The notes under the pieces are model-generated. The model was not told where the DNA came from and did not search any database. It was given only the letters and a program-made list of their open reading frames with translations. The position numbers and the translations under genes are program-made. From the IMG/VR virus record IMGVR_UViG_3300031994_000009: a stretch of 64,000 nt of DNA, one strand, 5' to 3'. Below are positions 1-10,035 of this stretch, one piece after another; within the stretch, counting starts at the first letter, position 1; every line of letters starts with the position of its first letter. The DNA comes from a virus (Duplodnaviria > Caudoviricetes).

Positions 1-67
1 CTTAAATATTTTGAAGTCTGGTCTTGACATTTTTCAGAAACAATATAATCTTGTGTTATTTATCCGT

Positions 68-3000
68 TTATGATGGAGCACCACCAATAAAATCATAGCC
101 AAGCCCCATAAGAACATTACCAATATTGTCCGAGTCCGATATACCAGAAACGTTTGGAGTGATGTGCAATGTAGAAAAGACTTCATTGATCGCAGAGATT
201 ATATCATCCTTTGTGATCGATGGTGCCTGCTGAGACGAAATTACGTTCTGGTTGACATTAACATTATTATCTCCACCACCCCCGTTTGAAGTAATTGTTT
301 GATGAGGAACACTTTGATAATTCGCTGTAGTAGCCATTTCCAACCTTGTTAAGTCAAGATTTTGGATTCTATCAAGCAAGTCCTTGAACGTTCCCATAGA
401 CTCTTGTGAGCCGTCAAACGACATCATAATATTCTTAACGCTTTCCCCGAATTTATCCAAAGCCTTCTGCCTTCTTTCTTCATCTTTAATAAGAATATTA
501 TCAAGATTCTTAAACGCAGTATTCAGACCCCTTACACTTGCGGTCAACTTATTAATATTATCCGTATTCTTCGGGAACTTCTTCTCGACAACATCGGTCA
601 TGAAAGTGACGATCGACTTGCTATTTGCTATAATTTTATTTCCGTCTATAGAACCACCCATAGACTTTCCTATCCTAACCATATTATCCAATGGATATAT
701 ACAGGAATTCATAACAGTCGGATCAACATCCATATTCAATAAAGAAGAAAATGCGGATGAAATTGCCAAGGAATTTTTCTGGACAAGTTCGGACGAAATG
801 CTTTCTTTGGACAAATCCTCAGATATTTTAATGACAGAATTAATAGGTTTCAACATGTTTTCTATTAGACTCGGATCAATTTCATTTGATTTTCCGATCA
901 ACCCTTCCTTTCCATAAATCTTATCTATAAATGTCCCTATCAAAGTAGAAATCAATGTTGCCGTCTCCGTCACGTTAACTGGTTTACCTTCTTTCAGGTT
1001 CCCTTCCATATCATACGTTATTTTGGATAACCCGTTAGAAGTTGGATTCAACCCCATAAGCATGTCAACAAATCCACACACTGGATCAACAATCATGGAG
1101 AACACGTTCATCATCTCGCCAACAGCTGTTGCCTTTTCACTCTGCCTTCCAAGAAATCTTTGGAAAAATGTTCTATCCCCATATATAATCTCGGACCAGT
1201 TCGCTATATTATCTTTATCATACAACGCATTGACAAATTCCCCAACAGATCCAGCAACATTCTGTGCAACACCAACGACGTCAATCTCCCCAAGTTTACG
1301 AACTGTACCGTTTGGATCGATCGTCACTGAACACAATTTATTACCATCCCCTACATCATATTTCATCAGCATATCGACAAATTTTGTCATAGGATCAACA
1401 ATTGTGGCGAATATCTTGAAAATATCTTGCGCGTTATACATCGACTGAACATTCTCCATTCCAAAACTCAAGTTCTCCACAAATTTCTTTACGGCTCCAG
1501 TCATTGTCTCTGATATTAATATAATATCAACAGGTTCTCCGTAATCTGGCTCTCCTGTAGTCGGATCTATCTTTTTTATGGGACGAAGACCATCTGGAGT
1601 GACAACTCCACAAACCTTAGATATTTTAGATATTGCGTCAACAACAGTCACAACACCAGATACAACTTCAGCTATTTTCTTGTACTGTTTATCTATATCT
1701 TTCATTTTGCTGAAACTTGAATCTACACTAAAATTCTTGGCGTTGAACGTTTTCATGATATTTTTTATGTCAACAGAAACAGTTTTAACAAGTTGTTCAT
1801 AACCTCCAGCTTTCTTTATCTCATATGAAACGGATGCTAGTTTCGATGTCACATCGATAACCTTATTAGCCATTTCTATTGTAGCGTTTGCTCCGCGACT
1901 TCCACTTGCAACTAAAGGACCAACCAACCCAAAAGCTTCAGCAACATATCTAAACTCACGTACAACTTTTCTCAGTCCATTAGCATCCTTCCTTAAGTCA
2001 TCCCATGATACATTATTTTTTTTCAGCAATAGATCTAAATTTACAAGATCTCTAGTTAAATCTATCGATCTCTTTGCCATCTCAATTGCTGGTAACATTG
2101 CAAGAGATCCAGCTGCTATGGCGACAGAGAACAAACCAGCAACACCTGCCAACGCACCGACAGCCCCGACAACAGCGGACATACCGCCAAGATCCGTCAT
2201 GACTTCACCGAATTCTACTCCAGACTCTTTCCTGATTTTCGTCAAACCAATTAATTCACCATAAACATCTATAGATTTATTCGCAAGAAGCAATATCCCA
2301 CCAAAAGCAAGCAAACCAACAGCCAAATCCGCAACAAGTTTCCCTGCAACAAAAGCAAGAACACCGACAGCTCCGACAACAGCGGACATACCGCCAAGAT
2401 CCGTCATGACTTCGCCGAATTCTACCCCAGACTCTTTCCTAAATTTAGTAAGTCGAACTAACACATAATATAAACCCATAGCACCAAGGGCCAGAATTTC
2501 CATCGCCCCAAGAGCTATTATACCAGTCTTAGCCCTATTAAGCAGTTTTCCAGCAAGCCATGCTATACCAACAAGACCTAAAAGAGTGAGTGATGTCAGT
2601 TTTAATCCATCCAATATGGTATCATACCTCTCTTTTACAAATTCACCAAGATAATTAGCGGCAACGATAATACCCATTGCAGCAAAAGTAAGCAATATTA
2701 TTCCAAATATTCCTGTTACAGTAGATCTTGTTACAACATGTTTAGATATCCACCCGATAAAACCAAAAACAAGTCCGATCGCTAGCAACGTGATAAACGT
2801 AGCGCCAAGTCCATAAAGAATATAATCAACACCTCCATAATTCTGTATAAGATACCCAAGTCCATATGCAACAACCAAAATCCCAGCAGAAGCCAATGTC
2901 AACGTTATTATCTCTTTGATTCCATTTATAGCACCAACTTCTTTTAATGCTTTTGCCGCAAATCCTATAAGTCCTATTAACACTGTAGTTAGTACAAGAG

Positions 3001-3901
3001 TTGCACCCAAAACAGCAAGACCGCCAAGGATAAGGGTTCTTGTCGGACCCATGGCAACCAGAAGTCCAAGTCCCATGCAAACAGTAATTAAGGCAACTGA
3101 ACGCCAAACGACTTTCATAACATCATTTATAGCTTGCATCGAACCTGCTTCTTTTATCTTCTTCGCAACAAATCCAGCAAGCACACCAATTGCGGCAACC
3201 GTCAATAACGTAGCACCCAAAACAGCAAGACCGCCAAGGATAAGGGTTCTTGTCGGACCCATGGCAACCAGAAGTCCAAGTCCCATGCAAAGAGCCAACA
3301 CACCGACACCTTGCTTGACGACCTTCATCAATTCGTTCATCGACTTCGAGATCTCATTGAGATTCTTCACAGTGTCAGACAAATTATTGATCTTTGCGAC
3401 TTCTTCAATGATCTCCAAATAAACTTTCACAGCACCTTTGGCTAATGTAAAACCAAGCTTTGCTCCGATAGCAGACGATGACATATTTGAAGCTTTTTTT
3501 ATGGCATCGACAAAAACAGACATGGAATTAAAAAGTTCTGCCGCATTCTTCGAATCTTCTACGCTAATTTTTGAATATTCTGCCATATCTTGAACAGAAG
3601 AAATAACAGACTCAAGAACCATTTTGAATCTTCTTATCGCCATAGGAGATATATTGGATATCGCGATAACACTTGGAGAAAGATTGTTCAAGAACTTTAT
3701 AATCTCTCCAAGGCTTGTGCCAGAGACATCCACTTTAAGATTATCTTCAGCTGGCTTTATATCCTTTGTATTTGCAACGTCACCCCTCGAAAGTTTTGCT
3801 GTAGCCTCGGCACTATCACCATTCTTCGGTGTCATGCTTTTCGCTATATCCTTGACGGACTGATTTATGCTCAATAATATTTCTACTGTGTTGGGACCCA
3901 T
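68..3901 (-). CDS. Probable tail tape measure protein (1277 aa)
   Basis: Long Ala/Gly/Leu-rich helical protein with hydrophobic ~70-aa internal repeats. Directly downstream of the sheath and tube genes and preceded by a late promoter. Confidence 0.55.
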   Translation of the reverse strand: MGPNTVEILLSINQSVKDIAKSMTPKNGDSAEATAKLSRGDVANTKDIKPAEDNLKVDVSGTSLGEIIKFLNNLSPSVIAISNISPMAIRRFKMVLESVISSVQDMAEYSKISVEDSKNAAELFNSMSVFVDAIKKASNMSSSAIGAKLGFTLAKGAVKVYLEIIEEVAKINNLSDTVKNLNEISKSMNELMKVVKQGVGVLALCMGLGLLVAMGPTRTLILGGLAVLGATLLTVAAIGVLAGFVAKKIKEAGSMQAINDVMKVVWRSVALITVCMGLGLLVAMGPTRTLILGGLAVLGATLVLTTVLIGLIGFAAKALKEVGAINGIKEIITLTLASAGILVVAYGLGYLIQNYGGVDYILYGLGATFITLLAIGLVFGFIGWISKHVVTRSTVTGIFGIILLTFAAMGIIVAANYLGEFVKERYDTILDGLKLTSLTLLGLVGIAWLAGKLLNRAKTGIIALGAMEILALGAMGLYYVLVRLTKFRKESGVEFGEVMTDLGGMSAVVGAVGVLAFVAGKLVADLAVGLLAFGGILLLANKSIDVYGELIGLTKIRKESGVEFGEVMTDLGGMSAVVGAVGALAGVAGLFSVAIAAGSLAMLPAIEMAKRSIDLTRDLVNLDLLLKKNNVSWDDLRKDANGLRKVVREFRYVAEAFGLVGPLVASGSRGANATIEMANKVIDVTSKLASVSYEIKKAGGYEQLVKTVSVDIKNIMKTFNAKNFSVDSSFSKMKDIDKQYKKIAEVVSGVVTVVDAISKISKVCGVVTPDGLRPIKKIDPTTGEPDYGEPVDIILISETMTGAVKKFVENLSFGMENVQSMYNAQDIFKIFATIVDPMTKFVDMLMKYDVGDGNKLCSVTIDPNGTVRKLGEIDVVGVAQNVAGSVGEFVNALYDKDNIANWSEIIYGDRTFFQRFLGRQSEKATAVGEMMNVFSMIVDPVCGFVDMLMGLNPTSNGLSKITYDMEGNLKEGKPVNVTETATLISTLIGTFIDKIYGKEGLIGKSNEIDPSLIENMLKPINSVIKISEDLSKESISSELVQKNSLAISSAFSSLLNMDVDPTVMNSCIYPLDNMVRIGKSMGGSIDGNKIIANSKSIVTFMTDVVEKKFPKNTDNINKLTASVRGLNTAFKNLDNILIKDEERRQKALDKFGESVKNIMMSFDGSQESMGTFKDLLDRIQNLDLTRLEMATTANYQSVPHQTITSNGGGGDNNVNVNQNVISSQQAPSITKDDIISAINEVFSTLHITPNVSGISDSDNIGNVLMGLGYDFIGGAPS
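2155..2440. repeat. 79-bp near-identical direct repeat pair (2155-2233 / 2362-2440, period 207) inside the tape-measure gene
   Basis: Both copies encode RKESGVEFGEVMTDLGGMSAVVGAVG, with 3 nucleotide mismatches by eye. Confidence 0.9.
3003..3291. repeat. 79-bp identical direct repeat pair (3003-3081 / 3213-3291, period 210) inside the tape-measure gene
   Basis: Both copies encode CMGLGLLVAMGPTRTLILGGLAVLGA and are identical at the DNA level. Confidence 0.9.
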
Positions 3902-3922
3902 GAAAATAACATGCGTTTGTGA

Positions 3923-3930
3923 TATTTATC
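3923..3930 (-). promoter_or_regulatory. T4-type late promoter GATAAATA
   Basis: Matches T4 TATAAATA, 21 bp upstream of the tape-measure ATG. The same motif and spacing recur at 10 other late genes. Confidence 0.7.
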
Positions 3931-3994
3931 AATAAACAAGAATTGAACAGGATCGATCCCAGTGGGATCTTTATCAAATAAACGATTCAACACA

Positions 3995-4029
3995 AAAAGA
4001 AAAGACCCTCCAAAACGAAGGATCTTTTC
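3995..4029 (-). terminator. Probable intrinsic terminator after the tail tube gene
   Basis: Imperfect stem AAAAGACCCT...AGGATCTTTT with an A-tract on the + strand (U-tract on the - strand). Confidence 0.5.
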
Positions 4030-4072
4030 AAGATATATCCAACAGAATTATAATTTACTGTAAATTACCAAC

Positions 4073-4693
4073 TTAGAGCATGAATTCATCCCAATAGTCA
4101 CAACGCAAAGTATATCCTGTCACCTTATAAAGCTGATTCTTGTTCATGTAATCCAACGAAGGAACTGGCAAGTTGGTTGTCGGGAAAACATTATAGAGAA
4201 TCCATTGCCAATAAGGTTGGTCTGCCTTGTCGTGAAGAGTGACAGTAACTGTAGGAGCGACGTAGTCAACTTTCAAACCTTGACGGCCAGTGAGAGGATC
4301 CCAGATGAGATCGTTCCATCTGCGCAAGATTTTCAGCGTGTATATATCTGGAGTTCCAGCCTTACTTCCACGGATATTGATTTCGAAGTCAAGCTTCACA
4401 TCAATATGAGTATTATCTGTGCCAGATTGAGCAAAGCTTCTGTCTGCGAACTTATAGTGCTGTTCAACTGCACCAGGAACTTTATTCGTGTCAAGTCCAT
4501 CAACCTTTTGAACACCTTCAAGCAACAGATTCTTGTCGTCATTGGAAATTCCGCCCGTTCCAGTGAGACCAGCTGGAAGCTGAAACTCTACCGTGAACAG
4601 ATTCTGATAGACTGGCTCATACATCTCCATAGAGACGCGGGATGTCTTGAAATGGGGAAGACCCATAAGACCTACTGATGTTATTTGTGCCAT
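4073..4693 (-). CDS. gp19: Tail tube protein (T4 gp19-like)
   Basis: 206 aa, directly after the sheath gene. EPVYQNLFTVEF, W.DLIWDPLTG and NVFPT motifs fit gp19-family tubes. Confidence 0.8.
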   Translation of the reverse strand: MAQITSVGLMGLPHFKTSRVSMEMYEPVYQNLFTVEFQLPAGLTGTGGISNDDKNLLLEGVQKVDGLDTNKVPGAVEQHYKFADRSFAQSGTDNTHIDVKLDFEINIRGSKAGTPDIYTLKILRRWNDLIWDPLTGRQGLKVDYVAPTVTVTLHDKADQPYWQWILYNVFPTTNLPVPSLDYMNKNQLYKVTGYTLRCDYWDEFML

Positions 4694-4725
4694 TATTTTA
4701 TTCTATCTTGTTTCTTTTAATTTGT

Positions 4726-7188
4726 TTAGGCGGTCGTTGACCTGTTCAAAGTGATCGGTACAACGATCTTCTCCATATTCTGTGAAACCCAAACACCAAT
4801 GTCTACTATACAGAACTTATTGTCAATAACTTCCTTGTCGTTGTTAAGATCATCACATTCAATCTCATACTTGACGAGAGCACCAGAGCTTTGCATAGCA
4901 TCAAGAATAGGACTAATCTTGGTGACAATTTCAGCACGAGTGGTAGGAATATTATATGTAAACACATATTCATCAAGCACAGCCTTGCAACTGATTTGAA
5001 TAGTATTTAGCAACTCTCTGACGTGTAAGAAGCTTAAATCAGAATTAACTATCTGGTAAGCGGTCCTGTCACCAAAGATAACAATATTACCGTTGCGATT
5101 TATGATTGGATTGATCCCGAAAGGTTCAAGATATCCACGATCGGTTTCATCGAAATCAAACTCAAGACCTATAATTTGTGAATTCTCAATTATTCCATTC
5201 ATGTTAGCAACAGTCTTATAAGGATCGCCGCCAGTGAATTTCTTCATGAACGAGTTAGACACATCTGCTGCAGGTGGAACGAGCAGAGTCCTCTGTCCAT
5301 CCCTATACTTGAAGAACGGGGAGAAGCAACCGCAATGATCCGCACCATTATCGAAATCAGGCAGACTGAACGATTCTGTATCAGCAGGGTAAACCAAATT
5401 CTGATTACCGCCCTGAGGTATATAAGCCGTATCAAACATAGGTCTAACATCATCAAGAGTGTTGTCCCAATCAGCCCCAAAGAAAGGCGCATCACAAGAT
5501 GCGAACTGAGTCATAGAAGGAATATTGATAATTGCTGTACAATGCTTCTTGTCCTTGGCAAGATTTGCCAAATGAATCTTTGCTTTACAGTTAGCACCCA
5601 TACCATATGCCATTGTATCAACGATATAACGGAATTCTATAGAATCATTGTTCAGCAATCCCCTACGAATACCTTGATCCTCAAGCATAGCATAAATCTT
5701 TTCCACACCAGCTTCATTGTTCACATTACCAGAAGAATCATAACCAGGCATATGTTTATGACACAATTTCAGACCTTCAAGAGAGAAAATCGTAAGTGTA
5801 TCATACATAGATTTAAACGATTCGTGGAACTCAAGGATTTGAACAGCACTAGAATCAAGAACAAGATCTGAAGCAGTAAACCTAAAACACGTCTCTGTCC
5901 CAATCATCAGACCACGCTTTTTGATGATTTTCGCCATCAAACCATTCGTTCCCCTAACATAATCGCCAATATTCACATTCATTCCGTCAGTTCCATTCAA
6001 AGTGAATTGAGTAGAAGAATCGATCGAAGCATCTACGATACTTGTATACACATACATATGTTCATTTGGGTGAGGTATATTATAAGACAAATATGTAATA
6101 GGATTCGTGCTACTATCAATTGTTATTTTGTTACCAACCAAATCTGGCACAAAATATGCCGATGTGTCTATGGATGGATCATACTCTCCATCTCCAACTT
6201 TATCATAGAAGAATACACTACCGTCCAATGATATAGCATCCAAAGCCTTATGGTTCACACCAAACATTAGACCAGTCTCATTTGACTTCTTGTTAACAAG
6301 ATAATCTATTGACTTTATGTTTCCCTGCTTATCTGTAAAGTTAGGAAGCAGACAACCTGTCCATGATCCGATCACATTAACAGAATCAAGGCGGAGAAAC
6401 TTATTCAATTGATCCTTCAAAAGTCCATCTTGTGTGAAATAATTGGACCAAACAACATCTCCAGCGAAAGAAGCATATTTAGACTCATCCCAATTTCCAG
6501 CGATCGCGATCACATCGACAAAATAATCAGACACATAGTCATTAGGATTGATCCAACTATATGGGATATCATCTTGATTTCCATAATAGTCCAAGAAAGA
6601 CAAATTATAACCTTGGATAGATTCTGATTTCCTAACTATAACAGATATATCCTTTGTGCCACAATTCGCGACACCGAACAAAGCAGATTCCTCTATGTTA
6701 GAAACACGAGAATCGATGCTTTCCGAACCATTGATAAAAGTGGTCTCAACGAAAGCGTTATCATCTGCGATCCAAAAACGAGTTCTGTCATACATGTTTG
6801 CATATGGAGCAACCCCTTTTTTCGAATCAATAGTTGGATCAAGAGACAACAGCTCATATCCTACTGTATCTGTATTAGACTCGATATTCCTCGTATCAAC
6901 ATTGAGCAGGTTCATCACATAAACTGGAGACTTCTGTAACATTGTGCGGATATTCCTATTCGTGAAACAACCCCTTCTCTCCATCTTCCTGTCTATGCCA
7001 CCGAACAACTTGTTGCACTCGTCCGTGTTGGAAACATAAACGGGACGGTTGAATGGTCCCTGTGTATTGAATCCCACGGCGAGACGAAGAGCCGACTGCA
7101 CATTGGATCCAGTGATAATGGAATTGTCAATCTCAATGAAATAAACGCCAGATGCCTTGTAGTCTGCAAAATTAATCTTTTGTGACAT
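4726..7188 (-). CDS. gp18: Contractile tail sheath protein (T4 gp18-like)
   Basis: N-terminal SGVYFIEID and GPFNRP motifs; C-terminal sheath domain with DRGYLEPFGINPI, FGDRT, LHVRELL and VIDN. Confidence 0.9.
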   Translation of the reverse strand: MSQKINFADYKASGVYFIEIDNSIITGSNVQSALRLAVGFNTQGPFNRPVYVSNTDECNKLFGGIDRKMERRGCFTNRNIRTMLQKSPVYVMNLLNVDTRNIESNTDTVGYELLSLDPTIDSKKGVAPYANMYDRTRFWIADDNAFVETTFINGSESIDSRVSNIEESALFGVANCGTKDISVIVRKSESIQGYNLSFLDYYGNQDDIPYSWINPNDYVSDYFVDVIAIAGNWDESKYASFAGDVVWSNYFTQDGLLKDQLNKFLRLDSVNVIGSWTGCLLPNFTDKQGNIKSIDYLVNKKSNETGLMFGVNHKALDAISLDGSVFFYDKVGDGEYDPSIDTSAYFVPDLVGNKITIDSSTNPITYLSYNIPHPNEHMYVYTSIVDASIDSSTQFTLNGTDGMNVNIGDYVRGTNGLMAKIIKKRGLMIGTETCFRFTASDLVLDSSAVQILEFHESFKSMYDTLTIFSLEGLKLCHKHMPGYDSSGNVNNEAGVEKIYAMLEDQGIRRGLLNNDSIEFRYIVDTMAYGMGANCKAKIHLANLAKDKKHCTAIINIPSMTQFASCDAPFFGADWDNTLDDVRPMFDTAYIPQGGNQNLVYPADTESFSLPDFDNGADHCGCFSPFFKYRDGQRTLLVPPAADVSNSFMKKFTGGDPYKTVANMNGIIENSQIIGLEFDFDETDRGYLEPFGINPIINRNGNIVIFGDRTAYQIVNSDLSFLHVRELLNTIQISCKAVLDEYVFTYNIPTTRAEIVTKISPILDAMQSSGALVKYEIECDDLNNDKEVIDNKFCIVDIGVWVSQNMEKIVVPITLNRSTTA

Positions 7189-7217
7189 TTTTATTTTCGA
7201 GATTATTTTTCTTTATT

Positions 7218-7225
7218 TATTTATA
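7218..7225 (-). promoter_or_regulatory. T4-type late promoter TATAAATA
   Basis: Exact T4 late consensus 29 bp upstream of the sheath ATG. Confidence 0.75.
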
Positions 7226-7244
7226 GCGAAATATCATTTTTTGC

Positions 7245-7282
7245 AAAAATCGAAAGGCCGTGATATAAAACCACGGCCCTTT
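7245..7282 (-). terminator. Intrinsic terminator
   Basis: Stem GGCCGTG/CACGGCC followed on the - strand by a T-rich tract, downstream of 7308..8195. Confidence 0.65.
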
Positions 7283-7307
7283 ATCTATATGAATATTGAA
7301 AATTTAA

Positions 7308-8195
7308 TTACTTCTCGTCTTCCTCAGCACCGAAAATGTCACCTAGATCGTCGAAGTTGAAATCCTCTTCATCTTCATCATTATCTTCTTCATCCTTATT
7401 ATCATCTGAATCTTCATCATCCTCATCACTCACGATCTCTCCACCGATCTCCTTTTCAAGATCAATACCCTTTGTCGCAAGATAATCCTTCAATTCCATG
7501 ACTGAATTGACATCAACACGAACCTCGTCATTATCCGAGTCTTCATCACCTTCGATGATTTCAATGTCATCCTCTGGAATATTTGCGTCAATCAGCTCAT
7601 CCTTGCACTTGTCCGCATCACCTTTCTTGACAGTAAGAATGACAGCTTTCATTTCTTCATCATCCTCGTTGTCATCTTCATTGTCGTCAGCGGTGTCATC
7701 GGAATTATCGTCAGTATTTTTATCATCGTTTCCATTATCATCTTTGTCATTATCTTGATTGTCATCCGAATCTTCATCATCGTCAGATTCAAACATCTTG
7801 CGCAACCTTGCGAACCTTGCAGAAACAGATTCCTGCATCGTGTTACCACATTCGTTGCATTCATCCATGTCATCCTGGTTGCAATTGTCACCACATTCGT
7901 TTTTCGCATCAACAGTTGCAGTAAACACCCAATTTCCAACACCTTCAACAGTGAAAATGACCTTGTTGTCTCTCTCGTCAAATTCGACATCATTTTGATC
8001 TATGTTTTGATCGTCAGCGACATTTGTCATAATATCATATGCATCCTCAATCGCAACCTTAGCATTAGGATACCTGTCCTCGAACTCAACGTTGTTGATA
8101 AGTTTTCCGTTGGCATCGAATTCTTCAACATTAAGCACATATTGTTCCTCCGATTCGTAAATCTTCTTGGTATTCAGGTTATATCTCCTTTTCAT
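7308..8195 (-). CDS. Highly acidic late protein, possible prohead core/scaffold or internal protein
   Basis: Asp/Glu-rich tracts, repeated x-x-E-S motifs (IYES, MQES, MFES) and an upstream late promoter. Confidence 0.45.
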   Translation of the reverse strand: MKRRYNLNTKKIYESEEQYVLNVEEFDANGKLINNVEFEDRYPNAKVAIEDAYDIMTNVADDQNIDQNDVEFDERDNKVIFTVEGVGNWVFTATVDAKNECGDNCNQDDMDECNECGNTMQESVSARFARLRKMFESDDDEDSDDNQDNDKDDNGNDDKNTDDNSDDTADDNEDDNEDDEEMKAVILTVKKGDADKCKDELIDANIPEDDIEIIEGDEDSDNDEVRVDVNSVMELKDYLATKGIDLEKEIGGEIVSDEDDEDSDDNKDEEDNDEDEEDFNFDDLGDIFGAEEDEK

Positions 8196-8219
8196 TATAA
8201 AATAATGTATATTTTCTTT

Positions 8220-8227
8220 TATTTATT
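8220..8227 (-). promoter_or_regulatory. T4-type late promoter AATAAATA
   Basis: ATAAATA core 24 bp upstream of ATG 8195. Confidence 0.5.
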
Positions 8228-8275
8228 TTCTTCGGACACAGCCGATCAACTGTTTTATGTTCTATTTATTGTTTT

Positions 8276-9133
8276 TTAAATGAAGAAAGCTGAAGCCTTT
8301 TTCCAATAGCTCATATAGGCATCCTTTATCTCCTGTCCATTGTCTTTTATTTCTTCCCCAGACATTGTCCTGACAATTCCATCTTCACACAGCACAAAAA
8401 CATTCTGGCAATCAAGGCAATAACAATTTCTGAATCTGACTGGTTTGCCAACAGTCTGCATCGTATGCCCGAAAATCTGCTCGCAATCCTTCACAAAGAC
8501 GTGATCGAACAAATGATCCGACAAATCAGCCCAAAGGAAACTGGGATGACTGCACCATCCACCCCGCGAATTTCCGACATCACCATATCGTTTAAGCCAA
8601 CTCTTATCTAAAGACATTTCCTTCCAATCGAAAGATTTCAGAAAGTCAAAAGTCATACCTTCCATACATTTCTCGTCACTGAAATCATCCCATGACTCAT
8701 CACACAGCCCCAACTTATCTGCATATTCCCTAATCCAGTTAAACTGAAAACCAGCATGGGAAAAAATGAAGTTCTTCCCGTTTACAGTAACAAACTTTAC
8801 ATAATCGAACAAATCCTTGTTTCCTGTGAACATTTCATTTATTTCAGGATAATGTTCATAATCCATGCGGCATCCACGCTTCGAACCGTCAAAATAATGC
8901 AGATCATGATTTCCTATAAGCAAGGTTATCTTATCTGGATGATCCTTTTTTATATCGATAATTGTCCTGAACCTAATCAAAGCATCATTCTGTGTTATGT
9001 TTTCATGTGGATATGGATCAACATAGTCACCAAGGAACACAATCTCAGAATCTGGCTCCGAAATTGCTTGCTTCAACGGTTCGTCATAGAACGATCGGCC
9101 ATGAACGTCTGGTATAATGTATATTTTCTTCAT
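8276..9133 (-). CDS. Calcineurin-like metallophosphoesterase
   Basis: Motifs DVHG, GDYVD, GNHD, HAG and GHT. Confidence 0.85.
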   Translation of the reverse strand: MKKIYIIPDVHGRSFYDEPLKQAISEPDSEIVFLGDYVDPYPHENITQNDALIRFRTIIDIKKDHPDKITLLIGNHDLHYFDGSKRGCRMDYEHYPEINEMFTGNKDLFDYVKFVTVNGKNFIFSHAGFQFNWIREYADKLGLCDESWDDFSDEKCMEGMTFDFLKSFDWKEMSLDKSWLKRYGDVGNSRGGWCSHPSFLWADLSDHLFDHVFVKDCEQIFGHTMQTVGKPVRFRNCYCLDCQNVFVLCEDGIVRTMSGEEIKDNGQEIKDAYMSYWKKASAFFI

Positions 9134-9135
9134 TT

Positions 9136-9627
9136 TTAGAATAATGGGTCTGAGTTTGATGTTTGAATTTTGGATGTAGTCTCTTTTGATTTATCTTCAT
9201 TTTTATCATATGGCAATTCCGAAATTGAAACACTATAATATAATAAGAGTTCACGAAGCAAATGCCGATGACAAAACTCGGTCGGTTTCTCGTAGCAAAG
9301 GAAAACGATCGCACTGTAGTCAAAGAAACGTCGTTTCAAATCATCTATATAAGAAATCAACGATCTTCCATTGTCTGACTTGAAATGAAACCTTTCGTTC
9401 AGTTCCTTATAATAGCGAATAGTGTAAACTGATTGATCGACCCTATTGGATTTGATGTCGGAAAGAAGATCGATCGAAGGAGCGAAAAGATTATTATCCC
9501 AAAAGTAGAAATTTAAAGGAGCTTTATCACCATTCAGCCAATCTGGACAAACGCGAGAAATTCCGACGGCTGCATAGTCCATCGGAATTTTCTTCAGGTT
9601 TGCATAATATGATGTAAACAATTCCAC
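9136..9627 (-). CDS. DUF488-family protein
   Basis: N-terminal FTSYYAN, a central APS.DLL and C-terminal LCYEKP..FCHRHLL, typical of phage DUF488 proteins. Confidence 0.75.
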   Translation of the reverse strand: MELFTSYYANLKKIPMDYAAVGISRVCPDWLNGDKAPLNFYFWDNNLFAPSIDLLSDIKSNRVDQSVYTIRYYKELNERFHFKSDNGRSLISYIDDLKRRFFDYSAIVFLCYEKPTEFCHRHLLRELLLYYSVSISELPYDKNEDKSKETTSKIQTSNSDPLF

Positions 9628-10034
9628 TATTTCTTATCTTTTCTTCCGTCTATATAACCAATCCTATAAGCATCTTCAAATTCAAGTATCAGACGCTTTT
9701 TTAATTCAGGATTATCAATTTGATGAAACACCTCAGACGGATAATTAAAAGAAAATTCTCTTGCTTTTATAACAACATCGTAATTAGACTCATCAATATC
9801 TGTAAATATTTTCAATTCTCTTGAAACAATTTCCTCAGCATCTTTCAACTTCTGTCTAAGATTTAAATCATCCTTTAATTTTGAGGTTTCTAAATCCTTC
9901 ATCATTTGATGAATTGTATCCAAAGCTGATACACAAAAGGTTCTGTTTGTCAGATAATCAGCGCTAATCAGTGTACCAATAAAAAACCAGATCTGATCTA
10001 TTTCGTAAAGTGAATCTATAATGTTATCTTTCAT
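9627..10034 (-). CDS. Hypothetical protein
   Basis: 135-aa AT-rich ORF translationally coupled between the polymerase and DUF488 genes. Confidence 0.6.
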   Translation of the reverse strand: MKDNIIDSLYEIDQIWFFIGTLISADYLTNRTFCVSALDTIHQMMKDLETSKLKDDLNLRQKLKDAEEIVSRELKIFTDIDESNYDVVIKAREFSFNYPSEVFHQIDNPELKKRLILEFEDAYRIGYIDGRKDKK

Positions 10035-10035
10035 A

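Noticed and set aside
3902-4072. tRNA or structured ncRNA in the 170-bp intergenic gap
   Set aside because: Only two short hairpins and a late promoter are visible, with no cloverleaf or T-loop motif.
4684-4693. TTTGTGCCAT match to the cassette arm
   Set aside because: It is simply the ATG GCA CAA start of the tail tube gene, lacks the terminal CA and has no partner site.
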